Notes under the pieces: generated by a model
Told to the model about the DNA's origin: nothing
What the model saw: only the letters and a program-made list of their open reading frames with translations
Database searches by the model: none
Translations under genes and position numbers: made by a program
Assembly: GCA_951406725.2 (NCBI GenBank)
Contig: OX597822.1
Coordinates: 1,488,001-1,552,000, forward strand
Length of the DNA: 64,000 nt
Direction: 5' to 3'
Source: Octopus vulgaris
Lineage: Eukaryota
Part shown: one piece after another, positions 44,375 to 58,155 of the stretch
Layout of the letters: each line of letters begins with the position of its first letter
How positions within the stretch are numbered: position 1 is the first letter of the stretch

Positions 44375-44495
44375 ATATATATAGAGAGAGTGAGAGAGAG
44401 AGAAATTTTCATTTATATACATACATGTATATATATGTATATATGCATTTGTGTGTGTATACTTTTGTGTATGCGTGTGTGTGTGTGTGTGTGTA
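42525..44495. repeat. (TA)n-dominated microsatellite field with short unique islands
   Basis: Visible. Confidence 0.92.
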
Positions 44496-44812
44496 AAGAA
44501 GCATTCCTCTACTGATGCAAAGCATTATATTTTTATTTTAAGTAATAGATTAAATATAGAATGGAAAGTAAATTGTTAGATAAAGAACATGTACGAAAAG
44601 GCATGTAAGATTGAAAGGGATTGGTGTGCAGGGGTGTGGAGGGGTCGAACAGAGAGAGGAGTAGGAGGAGGAGGTGGAGGGGAGGAGAGAGAGGTTGTTC
44701 TATGAAATATATATTTCGAGGGCAGCAACAGAGGAAAAGGGAAAAGAAAGAAAAGAAGGACAGAGCAAAAGAAAATGAAAAATCAGAAGGAGAAGAGGGA
44801 GAAATAGTTGTG

Positions 44813-44852
<40 letters not shown>

Positions 44853-45027
44853 CAGCAGCAGCAGTAGCTGTTGTTGTTGCCATTGTTAAAGCAGCACCAG
44901 GTATAGATGAAGAAGAAAACGAAGATTAAGATGAAATACATGAAGTTTTCTAAGAAGAAAATAAGAATATCAATGAAAGGTAACGTTTTCTAAAGTTCAT
45001 ACATGGTCAAAGAATGAATGAATGAAT

Positions 45028-45058
<31 letters not shown>

Positions 45059-45542
45059 ACGGGAACGTTTAAGTCGATCCTAATACATGAGTTCGTACTT
45101 TGATTTACCTGAAATTGTGAAAGGTACTATTAACTTTGTGGGATCTAAGCTTGGGCCGTAAAGAACTGAAAAATATCTCTGAAGACATTTTCTCCGACGC
45201 TCTAAAGATTCTGCTGATGTACAGCTCTAATCTTATTTTAATCATAATTCGTTATTTTAATTAGCTGATAATAACAGTTTCATCTTTTATGCCTACAAAG
45301 ATGAAACGCTGAGAGGATGGCCTTTAGATAACGCGGATGGGGACACGCGTTAAGATTGGAGACTTTGCCTGTCCAATGCATTTTCATAAGTTAATCCTAT
45401 ATGTCCATGCTTGTCTACAGACATTTAGTTAGCCTTTGTTTCATACGTTGTGGGTAATGCAAAGCTTCCCTTTCATTAGTCCCGAGATACTCTTGTGGCT
45501 GAAGCAAACTGAGAATGTTTATTATAGGTGATGCATGGACAG

Positions 45543-45575
<33 letters not shown>

Positions 45576-45579
<4 letters not shown>

Positions 45580-45923
45580 CAAATAAGAAAATGGAAATGA
45601 ACAATAGTTGGTTCATCAACTTTAGGACATTAAAAATGCCAACTTATTTATTTATTAAACTGATAATTATAATAACATATATATTATCAGTTTAATAAAT
45701 AAATAAGTTAACATTTTTAATGTCCTAAAGTTGATGAACCAACTATTGTTCCCCTCCATTTTCTTATTTGCAATATAAATTAATGGCAAAATATCACTTT
45801 ACCTTCACCCATTTAATACACTCGGTAATGTTATTGCATTGCAATAAAAAAACACTTGTGTATTAATAATTGGGTTATTATACCAACAGTATATTGGATA
45901 GATATTATCCCTTAGTGGGTTGG

Positions 45924-45926
<3 letters not shown>
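45576..45926 (+). mobile_element. Fold-back element between two (TA)n tracts
   Basis: Inverted repeat 45577-45667/45683-45773, then unique tail with AATAAA, then (TA)n. Confidence 0.55.
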
Positions 45927-45985
<59 letters not shown>

Positions 45986-46280
45986 TATATATACTGTGTA
46001 GCAGGTGTGATTCACAGGACGGGCAAAGTTATATATATATAAACAAGGATGTTGGATGCTGACTTTATTCAGTGAAGACATTTTAAAAACTGGTGTGAAA
46101 AATAAAGACGTAAGATATAAAAAGAACCAGAAAATAAAATAAACACTCAGTATACGAAAAAAGTATTTGTTTAAAAGTACAAGCTGCGATATTGAATGAA
46201 GATCTAGTGGGTTGATCAAGTTAGAGTAGCCACGTGACTGCCCGCCTGACACCTTTCATACATGAGCATGGTGGACTTAG

Positions 46281-46578
46281 TGGAGGCACATGGCCTAGTG
46301 GTTAGAGCAGCGAACTCGCGGTCGAGGGATCGCGGGACCGAATCTCAGAACGGCCGATGTGTGTGCTTTTTGAGCGAAAACATCTAAGCTCCACGCGGCT
46401 CCGACAGAATGTAATGGCGAACTTCTGCTGACTCTTTCACCACAACTTTCTCTCACTCTTTCCTCCTGCATCTTGCAGTTCACCTGCGACGGACCGGCGT
46501 CCCGTCCAGGTGAGGAACCTATACGCCAAGAAAACGGGAAACCGGTTATGAGCCAGGCATGGCTCGAGAAGGAACAAA
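46281..46578 (+). mobile_element. SINE with family C head and alternative tail; 14 bp TSD
   Basis: TSD CATGGTGGACTTAG at 46267-46280 and 46579-46592; tRNA-like head. Confidence 0.88.
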
Positions 46579-47429
46579 CATGGTGGACTTAGACGTGCTC
46601 GTTAACATTCTCTGCGAATGGCTAGAGAAGAAACTGTTGCAGCGTGCGGCGATATTATTGTATTATTGTTATTGTTTGTCACTTTCATGTTTTCTATATA
46701 CCAGTCCTATTTGGTAATTAAGAACTAGGGCACCTGAGCAAAATGCCTTGCAACGCATCTCGTTTCATTGTTTAATGACCGTAAATTGTGGTTTGTCGCC
46801 GTCGTCGTCGCTCTAGTGGTGCTCATGTTATCCTACACCTGGTTCAGAAAAGGAAAATATTAAAATTTTGTGGAACATTAAGTTAAATTCTTCAAATTGC
46901 TGCGATGATGATGTGCTTCATGAAGCTCTGCCAGGAATCTCTGCCCACATTAGCTTTGATAGGGCCTCAGTTTCATGCTATACGTCTTTACCTATAATAG
47001 CAATGTAGTTATTTTCGTTCCGTACTTGTCTGCTCGTCTACAGTAGTCTCCTTCCGCAATATAACATCCGATAAGTTCAGCACGAGATCAGTGACCAGCA
47101 AAAAAACATTAGAAGTGATGGGTAGAATGTGTCCGTATATTACTTCCTTGGTTTTCTGCTCACGCTGTGAAATGTGTTTGGCCCTCGTCTAGATCCTGAT
47201 GTACATATCAAGGTAATCGTGAAGCTACTGTACACAAGGTAATAAACTTAATAAATAAATAATGATCACAATATATACCTGACATAATTATCTATTAAAG
47301 ACAATGATTACAATCTATAATTAATTAATGCAACCAACAATCCATCCATCTTCTCTACCCACAATTCCGGGAGGGCCGTAAGCATAAAGGGGTCTTCCAC
47401 AGAGGGACCCTCATAATCGTCATTAAAAT

Positions 47430-47760
47430 TTGTGTGAATTTCCAAGCGTGACCATCTGTGACCATCGATGTCATCCAACTATCTCGCTCTTGGTCCACAC
47501 CTAGGTCACTTGCCGGTTGGCTCGACATCAACAATCTGTCTTGTGATTCATTCCTGCGATAATCTGATCACAGGTCCTTAGTACCGGAGATGTTAATTTA
47601 TATGGCGGAATAATTGAAGCTTGACCTGGAAAGACCCGCTGATCTTCGACTTCAAAGCCTGTTGGGTAATGTTACTCCATTTTTCTGAGAAACCTCATTT
47701 CGGCCGCTAGTATTTGCGATCGCACACTTTTGATCAATACCCAGATCAATCCAGATCATT
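47430..47760 (-). mobile_element. RTE-clade LINE C-terminal fragment
   Basis: QILAAEMRFLRKM and LRY*GPVIRLSQE*ITRQIVDVEPTGK*PRCGPRAR*LDDI (cf. LRWFGHV.R...GKRPRGRPR.RW.D). Confidence 0.72.
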
Positions 47761-48033
47761 GGTAAAGAAACTCATGAAAAATCGAATTCTTACAGAAACC
47801 ACAAATTACAGCAATTTTCTGTAAAATGTAGTTACAGGTGTCGGGTGTTACAGTGACATAGTTGTTAATGTAATCATATTATGGCACTTTCGGTCCCTCT
47901 TAAATTTACAGTTGCTCCAATTCGAATGATATGCAACCACGTTGACATATTAACTCTAAGAATTTTGACAAGCACAGTCCATGAAATATCAATACGAGAT
48001 TCTATAAATATTGTAAGGACATTATTACATTGT

Positions 48034-48446
48034 GTGGAGGCGCAATGGCCCAGTGGTTAGGGCAGCGAACTCGCGGTCGTAGGATCGCGGTTTCGATTTT
48101 CAAACCGGGCATTGTGAGTGTTTATTGAGCGAAAATACCTAAAGCATTCTTCCTGTTGCTGTTGTACCTGTATTTCGAAGGGCCAGCCTTGTCACACTCT
48201 GTGTCACGCTGAATCTCCCTGAGAACTACGTTAAGGGTTCACGTGTCCGTAGAGTGCTGAGCCACTTGCCCGTTAATAAATGAGCTGCGACGTCAATGGT
48301 GCCTTTGCCTTTCCCTTGGGGAGAGGGGAAGCTGGTATGCGTGGGCGACTGCTGGTCTTCCATAAACAACCTTGCCCAGACTTGTACCTCGGAAGGTAAC
48401 TTTCTAGGTGCAACCTCATGGTCATTCATGACCGAAGGAGGTCACA
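48034..48446 (+). mobile_element. SINE with family C head and a third body type; 10 bp TSD
   Basis: TSD ATTACATTGT at 48024-48033 and 48447-48456; body shared with 61630-61750. Confidence 0.82.
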
Positions 48447-48834
48447 ATTACATTGTAATTGTTTGAAACTTAAAGATCTTCTTGTGACAGTGTTTGTATA
48501 TTTTTGTGCATGCTTTCAAAGATTTGTATAATACAAAAGATTTGTATAATACAAAATGTAAGAAAGAAAATAAATTGATGCATTTCAGAAAACACGAACA
48601 ACTTATTTTATTCACATAATTATAATGATGTCATTTGGAAAAAATAGTAGAGTAAAGGATGAGGATGAGTTATAGAATGAAAATGTGGAGTTGGGAGGGA
48701 GGGGAGGAGTTCCTTTTTACAACTGTCACAGAAACAAAAACATTGCAATACAAAGACTTGTTAATAAAAAGTCATATTCACAAAAGAATAGATATGCAAA
48801 ACAGTTTTTGTTTAAAATATCAATAACAATAATG

Positions 48835-49045
48835 ATTTCAAATTTTGGCGCAAGGCCAGCAATTTGGGGGAAGGTTATAAGTCGATTACATGGACCCCAG
48901 CGAGCAACTGGTACTTATTTTATCGATCCCGAAAAGATGAAAATTAAAATCGACCTCCGCGGAATTTGAAATCAGAGCATTTAAAACGCACGAAATACGT
49001 TAAGAATTTTGTTCGGCGTGCGAAGGATTCTGTCACCTCACCGCC
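48835..49045 (-). mobile_element. SINE family A (old)
   Basis: CTGGTACTTATTTTATCGATCCCGAAAAGATGAAA...GGAATTTGAA. Confidence 0.75.
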
Positions 49046-49400
49046 TTCACATCATCAACGACAACATCAAGAATAACAATACGGACGACGACGGCGACGA
49101 CGGCGATGGTGATGATAAGGCCTTAGGAAAATATCTAATCATAAGATATGACATACTCCCGTATACAAACTACCATACACTCTTATATTGTGTTTGTGCG
49201 CACTCAATTATGTGTGTGTATCAGTGTCTGTGAATGCATGAATTTATGTATGTGTGTGTGTGTGTGTATATATATATCTATATATATATATGTATGCATG
49301 TGTGTATGTATGTATGTATGTATGTATGTATGTATGTATGTATGTATGTATGTATGTACACACATATATACATCTGTGTCTTAATATGCATATGCATACA

Positions 49401-49444
<44 letters not shown>

Positions 49445-49450
49445 CATATC

Positions 49451-49508
<58 letters not shown>

Positions 49509-49644
49509 AGGAGAGAGAGAGAGAGAAGGAGAGAGAGAGAGAGAAGGAGAGAGAGATAGATCATAGATATATACATGTATATATACGTATATATGTGTGT
49601 GTATATGAAAATGGAGTTGTTCTGGTGAAGCATTGTGTGATACA

Positions 49645-49682
<38 letters not shown>

Positions 49683-50273
49683 AACGCATACATATGTGCA
49701 TACGGATGGATCCATAGATGTTTTATATATCCCCAGACATAAGCCTGACATTGTTTTCTGTGATTTGAATTCCTAGTGTTATTTATAGTCGCAGCAGCCG
49801 ACTGTCGCATTGTATTTCCTATGCGTATATATACGTGCATACCTTTTGATTTGCTGTCTCTCGTTTTCCCCTTATATATATATATCCGTATATAAAGAAA
49901 AGTTATGTGTCTCCATGTTCGTACAGATGCAAATCTATTGCTCTCTCCCCCCACTCTCTCTTTGTCTGCCGCTCTATCTGTGCATTTTTTAAATGCCAAT
50001 CAAATCTCAAGAGGTCTGTTACAATAGTAATGAAACATTTTTTAATACATTTTAATTGATATAAAGATTATAAAGAGACAATGCACAGTAAGACACACTC
50101 ACCCACACCCACACCTACACAACTCCCCCCCACACCCACACACACCCACTCAAACTCATACATACACATATACATGCACGTAGACACAGATTACTGATAT
50201 ATACACATATATACATAGATATCACATATATGTATATTTATATAATTATATACATGTATCTATGAGTGTGTGT

Positions 50274-50325
<52 letters not shown>

Positions 50326-50499
50326 GTGTGTGTGCGTGCGTATAGGAAGGGATATTTGTACATCTATGGATATAAATGTCTGTGTGTGTAAATATATATA
50401 TATACACACACATATATATGTGTATATATATATATATATAAAATGGCGGTGCCCCAGCATGGCCACAGCTCATTAGCTGAAACTGGAAAATCAAAAAAT

Positions 50500-52257
50500 C
50501 AAAATATATATATATATAAACCTATATATTTTGTTTGTGTAATAAAATACTTCATTATGAGTAAAACTAAATTTCTAAATTTAGATGAAGAAAATTTGTT
50601 GAACGATCCCGATTTTTGCGGCTGAAATTTCTTATGTGTCTGATGACAATACACCAATAGATGTGGCGGAACATCCTCCTGACAAAGTATGTATCGTTTC
50701 CGACGAGGAAGAGATAGATGAAAATGAACTTAGTGATAATTACCCAAATGATGTACCTGGATGCTTAGAAGATTCAGGAACAAATTCAACAGATCGAGTT
50801 AGGCCTGCAGCTAAACGTCGAAAGTGCAAAACGAAATCAAAGCCAACCTGGAATACACAACAAGAAGATTTTCATGGCGAGAGAGGAAATGCTAATGCAA
50901 TAAAGGATAGAATCAACAAAATAAAGAATCATTTCAAAGATCAATCCCCAGTAGAGGCTTTTCAAACACTTTTCGATGAAGATGTCATGACCAATATTCT
51001 TTTCTACTCTAGGCACAAGTCCCAAAATTTTGGGGGAGGGGGTCTGTTGATTAGATAGACCCTAGTACGAAACTGGTACTTAATTTATCGTCCCCGAAAT
51101 GATGAAGGGCAAAGTCGACCTCGACGGAATTTGAACTCAGAATATAAAGACAGACGAAATACCTATTTCTTTACTACCCACAAGGGGCTAAACACAGAAG
51201 GGACAAACAAGGACAGACAAACGGATTAAGTCGATTATATCGACCCCAGCGCGTAACTGGTATTTATTTAAGGCAAAGTCGACCTCGGCGGAATTTGAAC
51301 TCAGAACATAGCGACAGACGAAATACTGCTGAGCATTTCGCTCGGGGCGCTAACGTTTCTGCCAGCTCGCCGCCTTAATGTGATGACCAATATTGTAAGA
51401 CAAAATGTCATTTATGCTACACAAATTAATTGATATAACTCTTCATTTTCGCTGGATTACTTGAGTAAGTTCATTGGATTGTTTTTTACTGACAGGCTAT
51501 CATCACTTGCCACAAGAACAAATGTATTGGTGTGAGGATGTAGATGTAAAGATCCAGTTCGTTCGTGAACATTTGGTACGAAATAGATACGTTGAAATGA
51601 AAAAAATTTGCACTTCAATGATAAGTCTACTCTTGGAACAGGCGCAATTCATAAAACCTTCAAAGTTGCACCACTAATTCAAATGATGAACGAAACATTT
51701 GTGAAGTTTGGGGCTTTTTCAAAGCACCTGAGCATTGATGAACAAATCGGAGAGTATTACGGCAGTCATTTTCTGAAGCAATTTATAAGAGATTTGGATC
51801 TATGGAATGGGCAATGTACTGCTCCACAAGTTATTGCTTTCGTGTTGCCTTGTATGAAGGACAAGATTCATCATTTGTATTAGGAGCTACAGTTGTTTTG
51901 AACAAAGGTTTGCAAATTCAGAATCCTTTAGATCACATACTTTACTTTGATAATTTTTTCTACAACTTTTGAGCTAAAGAAAATACCGACTGAGAAAGAA
52001 GTTTCAGCTGCAGTAAATGGCTGCTCATTTCGTTGTTGTAATAGGTTTATTTGCAATCTAAAATTATCCTTTAATTGTCCGCTTTTCTTGACCTTTCTTG
52101 CCATGACCCACGTTTAGGACTTTTCGAAAAAATTATCATAATTTCCAAAATAATTCACATATGAAGAAAATTTAAATTCTATATTTTATATTAACTCCTA
52201 AGACACAAGGCAAAGCCAAAAAATATGAATAGAAAAATTAGGCAGTTAATGGATTAA
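50500..52257 (+). mobile_element. Decayed piggyBac transposon (PGBD-like transposase), interrupted by a SINE
   Basis: SPVEAFQTLFDED, LLTGYHHLPQEQMYW, LHFND, FKVAPLI, HLSIDEQIGEYYGSHFLKQFIR and LYFDNFF motifs; possible right end AATGGA|TTAA at 52248-52257. Confidence 0.9.
50999..51377 (-). mobile_element. Dimeric SINE A inserted in piggyBac with 17 bp TSD
   Basis: ATGT(C/G)ATGACCAATATT at 50982-50998 and 51378-51394. Confidence 0.9.
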
Positions 52258-53588
52258 GGTGAAGTTATTTGTGAGTGGGTTTGGGGGCACGGCGCAATTT
52301 GTAATGGCCAATCTGTTAAATTTGAATAGAGATTCAATTGCAAATTTACATTTATTGTGATTCAGTATTACAATTGGATTTATGTGCAACTTTTAAGAAC
52401 TTAGATGATTATTTGTTTTGCCTTTTTTGGTTGTACCACATGTGATGACGTCAGTTAAATAGGTGTACCTACTTTCCATCGCGTTTTCACGGATAAGATT
52501 ATGATTTATTGGAAATACGTAAGACCAAAATTAAATAATTTTAACTGAAAAATAATTTCCTTCTGCCTCAGAAACAATAAATATTTTGCCACCAAAATGC
52601 AGTGCAAAAGTGATAAATGTTACTCTAATCAATGGTACTATATGTCTTGTAAGAAGATATTTTGTTAAGTCATCTGAGACAGCAGTCAAGCGTGTAGATA
52701 AATGATTCTATTAATAGCTCCTGATACGTAAACAGTTCTCAACTGTTATCATTAACAGTTGAAAATAACATTGGTACAGCAGTCGTATTGTATGAGAAAT
52801 CTGTTTGGAGCGTCCTTTAACTTTAAGTCAAGTTTACAATATTTCTTGATAGTCGTAGTAAATTCAACTGAAAATACCAATATCATACCCATGCAGTCTT
52901 TAACAGGCAACTTCAGGTTACGCGTAACTGAGTTCTATTAAAAAATGCTGAAATATAGTGCCAATTAGTTCTTTGAGTGGAGCTCTGTAAGCGGCTAAAT
53001 CAAAGAGAAAGACATTTATTGTAGAAGATATGCAGGTAAATGTCGGAGAAAGAAGAGAAACGTTCACTGGCTCTTCCACAGATTTACAAACCTTCGAAAA
53101 TATATCCCCATTATGTTATATAGAAAGTATGTGGCATCATTGGTGGGACATTTGGTGCAGTCATGTGGATGAAAATTACCGCACAAATAAAACCATGACA
53201 ACGAAAAGGTGTAGCTTTATAACTGGAACGAAACATTTTAAGGATGATTTATGTTAGAAATAGAAAATTCTTCTGTAGTCATTTCGACAGATGCAGATGC
53301 ACAATTTTCTACTTAAAGAACAGAGTCGCAGATCTGATTATCCTTCATAATATTGTCCAAACCACGAGCCCGATTTATCGCTGAAATCAAATCTAAAGCT
53401 TTGCTTTCCCATCATGAAGTTTGTATGTAGATAGAATTAATTCCGGTTATGAGTTAACCGCGAAAATATTCCTCCCTCTACATCTCCGTCTTGATATATA
53501 GAACGATTCTAAAATAATCAAACCTTTAAAAGGTTTACCTCTTCTGTGTCAAAGGTTTACGTTGCAAAGAACCGTGAATATATATATA

Positions 53589-54207
53589 CGAGCAAAACGC
53601 CCCCCGTCCAATCGACGGTGCTGAGTTGTCAAACATTTAAACCAAATTTTCTCAAAGCATCTTGTCCGACCGTCCCATAGGCCTCCCCTTTGAGAAACTT
53701 TGATTTAACCTAAATTTGAGACACCAGCAAAAGAAGAAATAAAGATAGACTTTTTTCTATTACAAAGAAAAACGATTTTATTCACACAAATATGCAACCG
53801 AAGAGTTTAAAGTACCAGTTGACTGGGAGAACACAAACATGTTTTAACCAGTAAGCTTGGCAGGAAAGAAACGTTCTTTAAGCAGTACAAATACAACAAA
53901 AAATGGAAGGTGCAGTTTTATACAGGTTGACGGAAGAAAAGCAGGACAAAAACGATGCATGCAAATGGGTTAGCTGGAGTTAAATCTAGATGGAAAATCG
54001 ATCGTAACAGCTGATGTACTTGCGCGTACAAATGCACGTTCCAACGGCTTTATCGATCGCATTCTCACCTGGAATCGATATTTGTAATTTTTTCAAGACT
54101 TAAACTCTGATACCGTCGGTATCAAATCTGAGCGCAATCGGATGGAGGATGCCCGAGATCCTAGAAGACACATACACAGACAGACAGAACGGATTTTATA
54201 TAATAGA
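53589..54207 (-). mobile_element. Non-autonomous Helitron-like element
   Basis: Minus strand A|TCTATTATATAAAATCCGTTCTGTCTGTCTG ... hairpin CCGTC-GATTG-GACGG ... CTCG|T (AT target, CTRR-like end). Confidence 0.7.
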
Positions 54208-54589
54208 TATTGCTCTGTATATACGCGTGTGTCAGCTTATCAAACTACTGTCTATAAACGAAAATTTAAGATCTTTTTAAAAATCTGTTTATTTAGAATC
54301 CTACAATGAACAGGTCAGACGCTAAACTATAAATTTCACAGGGTACAACCTCAAAGTTGACATCGCTCCGCTAAACGCAGAAAATTTCTGTCTCGCTATT
54401 GGCTAAAACTATCCAGTTTTGTTTTTTTTTTTCAATTTTTAAACCTCTGTAACTTTTTCCCCCAGCTTTTTGCTCTACAGCATCATACCTTCAAAGCAAT
54501 GAGACTGAAAGCTAATTTTCAGATTTTTTTTTTACTTCTTTTTAAAAAATGCTTATTTTCCGGGAAAAAAAGGAAACTGGATTCTAGAA

Positions 54590-54928
54590 AATATTTCAAC
54601 AATTTCTTTTATGCAGTTCCTAATAATATTTAATTATAAAAATATAATAGGACTTCTTTTAAAACATTGAGTGATTAGGAGGGTCCATCTGAGTAAAATA
54701 GGAACGAGAGGTGTCCACTGGTAAAAAGTGGTTGAGAAACATGTATTGTTTTGCACGATTCCTGCAATGAATTTGTGTGTCGAAACAGATATCGTTATAT
54801 TTGGGGATGATCATTTTTTTTTGTCAGGAAGAGACACATTGGATAGAGAGTTGCGGAAGAGGTCACAGGATGTGTGACGAAAGATTTCAGGCTAAGGGAA
54901 GACCAAGTTTATAGGTTGAGAAACACTG
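54590..54928. mobile_element. hAT (Charlie-like) terminal remnants
   Basis: GGTTGAGAAACACTG followed by TTCTAGAT (Charlie-type NTCTAGAN target); similar terminus at 54730-54743. Confidence 0.5.
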
Positions 54929-55249
54929 TTCTAGATATTTCTACGTATCGAAGACATCCAACATACAACAAATCATATTTACCACGAAGCTATTTCAAAA
55001 TTCTAGGCATTCAAGCAAACATCTTTAACGCCCGTAATTCATCATACATCGTTCACAATTCATCCATGAAACTATCCTATCTTTCAGTCAAACCACTCAC
55101 CCCTACCATCGAATCAAATACGCGTTCAACCAACTTCATCACCAACACTATTCTTAACATTCAAATACCTTTGCCTTGAAATTATTCAATCTTCAAAATA
55201 ATTCAACCGTCCATCCGACCATCCTTCCACTCATCCGAACAACCATCTA

Positions 55250-56320
55250 CCCGTCCGTCCGTCCATCATCTATCCATCCATCCATCCATCCATCCTCCCA
55301 TCCATCCATCCATCCATCCATCCATCCATCCATCCATGCATCCATCCATTTAGTCAGCCACCCAACCAGCCAGCTACCAACCACCTTCTCCCTTCTTCAC
55401 CACTATACCACCAACCATTCCGCCTTCCTTCGAACTACTTCCACGAAGATCACGGCTACCAAGACGACTACCACCACCTCCACCATCATCACCTCTACTG
55501 ACGACAACAACAACAACAGTAGCAATAAAAACAACAACTTCCATCACATCTACTACCATCGAAACTACCACAACCACCACCATCAGAACCAACCAGTACC
55601 ACTGCAAATGTTACCTACACCAACATGAACAACACCACTACAACCATCACCATTACCACAATCACCCTTACCACAATCACCACCACTACAACCACCACCA
55701 TTACCACCACCATCACTACTAACACTACAATTGCCAACTCATCTACTACGACCACCACCGCCAACGCCACAACTACCAACATCACCACCACTACTGCCAC
55801 AACCACAAATGCCCCCGCCACCACTATCATCAACAACAACAACAATCACCGCTATGTCCATCAACATCATTGCCACCACCACCACCACCAACACCACCGC
55901 CACCATACCACCACCAACACCACCAACACCACCACCACCATCAACACCACCGCCACCATACCACCACCAACACCACCAACACCACCGCCACCACCAACAC
56001 CACCGCCACCATACCACCACCAACACCACCAACACAACCACCACCACCAACAACAACACCACTACCACTACAATCGTCACCATTACTATCAACACCATTC
56101 CGACCACCACAACTACTACCACCACCACTACTAGAACCGTCACCACTTCCATCAACGCCACATCTATCACAACCACCACTAGTACTACCACCGCTGCCAC
56201 AACCACCACCTCGACTTCTACCCCTAGCATTACTACCATCACACAAACTGCCACTACTACTGCCTTCCCAGCCACAACCACAATCACAACCGCTTCCTAC
56301 CACGACCACCACCACTACCC
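55250..56320. repeat. (CCAT)n and long degenerate (CAC/CAA)n tract
   Basis: Visible; source of the poly-T/P/H ORFs. Confidence 0.93.
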
Positions 56321-56456
56321 TTCAGTCCTACCGTCTTCAGCACCGCGAAGGGAACATGCTCTCACGTGACCTGTGAACTGTGGATATAGAGAGAGAATTA
56401 GGTATTAATTCTATAAATCAAACATCAGATGAATGAACTTGACAACCAGAAACTGG

Positions 56457-56482
56457 TGTGTGTGTGTGTGTGTGTGTTTGTA

Positions 56483-56533
<51 letters not shown>

Positions 56534-56870
56534 TTGTGTGTGTGTGTTTGTGTGTGTATTTGTGTGTGTGTGTTTGTGTGTGTATTTGTGTGTGTGTGTA
56601 TTTGTGTGTGTGTGTTTGTGTGTGTGTGTTTGTGTGTATTTCTTTGCGTGTTTGAGTGTGTGTGCGTGTATTTGTGTGTGTGTGTGTGTATGTGTGTGTG
56701 TGTTTGTGTGTGTATTTGTGTGTGTGTATTTGTGTGTGTGTGTTTGTGTGTGTGTGTTTGTGCGTGTATTTCTTTGCGTGTTTGAGTGTGTGTGTGCGTG
56801 TATTTGTGTGTGTGTGTGTGTGTGTTTGTGCGTGTATTTCTTTGCGTGTTTGAGTGTGTGTGTGCGTGTA

Positions 56871-56903
<33 letters not shown>

Positions 56904-57500
56904 TTGTGTGTGTATTTCTTTGCGTGTTTGAGTGTGTGTGTGCGTGTATTTGTGTGTGTGTGTGTGTGTGGTTGTGTGTGTATTTCTTTGCGTGTTTGAG
57001 TGTGTGTGTGCGTGTATTTGTGTGTGTGTGTGTGTGTGTGGTTTTGCGCGCGCGTATGAGTAACAGTTATGTGTGTGTGTGTGCATGTGTGATTGCCTAT
57101 GTGCGTGGGTGTTTGTGTGTGTGTGTAAATGTGTGTGCATGTGCTTGCGTGCATCCACGTGTGTGCAGTAGAGTGTGTGAATGTCAGCGTGTGTATGTAT
57201 GCGTGAGTATCTGTGTGAGCACGCGCGTGTTTGTGTGTAAGAGCGTGTGTGTATGTGTGTGAGCGCATGTATTTGCGTCTGTGTGACTGTGAGCGCGTGT
57301 GTGTGTGCGCATGTGTGTGTTTGCGAGCGTGTGTGCGCTTGCGTACGAATGTCTGTATACTTGAATATTTGTGAGTGTACGTGTTTGTTCATTTTCGTGA
57401 GTGTGTGTGTGTGTGTGCCTCTGCCTGTGCGCGTATTTAGTGTGCATGCGCATATGTCTGTGCGGCAGAGTGTCTGTGTGTTGTTGTTGCAGTGTGTGCA
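56457..57500. repeat. (TG)n field containing a higher-order minisatellite
   Basis: Unit core GTATTTCTTTGCGTGTTTGAGTGTG repeated five times in 56632-57020. Confidence 0.93.
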
Positions 57501-57648
57501 TATGTGTGAGTAAACAAGCGAAAGAACTCGCGCGCGCGAAAATTTGCGCGCATTTTTTTTCATATTGTATCTGAGTGTTTTTCGGATTGCGTAGCTGCGT
57601 GCGTATTTGTGTATAAGTATGCGCATGAGCGAATCTATGCGAATGTGC

Positions 57649-57679
<31 letters not shown>

Positions 57680-58060
57680 CGTGCCTGCACTTTTGTTCGT
57701 CTAAGTATGCGCAGCATACACACAATACAGTTATGTCTGAGTAATTAAAAAGTCGAAATCGCATCCATGAGAGCTCTGGTTCGATTTCGCTGGCTGCCAC
57801 CTCAGAAATGTGCCTCCTCTTTACATATCATCCAGTCAACGAAAACTTGTATATGCGGGACAGCCAGGATTATAACGACGTCAGACAAATCGTGTTGGTA
57901 TGTTTGTATTTTAAAGGTCCCGCCTTCTTACCTTTAAGGGCCATGGTGATATTTTAAATACATACACTTACACACAGACACACACAAGCACAAACGTATA
58001 CAAACACACATACACACAGATATACATACACATGTTTATATATACACATATATGTATACA

Positions 58061-58115
<55 letters not shown>

Positions 58116-58116
58116 G

Positions 58117-58155
<39 letters not shown>

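Noticed and set aside
55625-57800. Mucin-like or His/Pro-rich ORFs up to 460 aa
   Set aside because: Trinucleotide and (CA)n low complexity open in several frames on both strands; no splice or domain evidence
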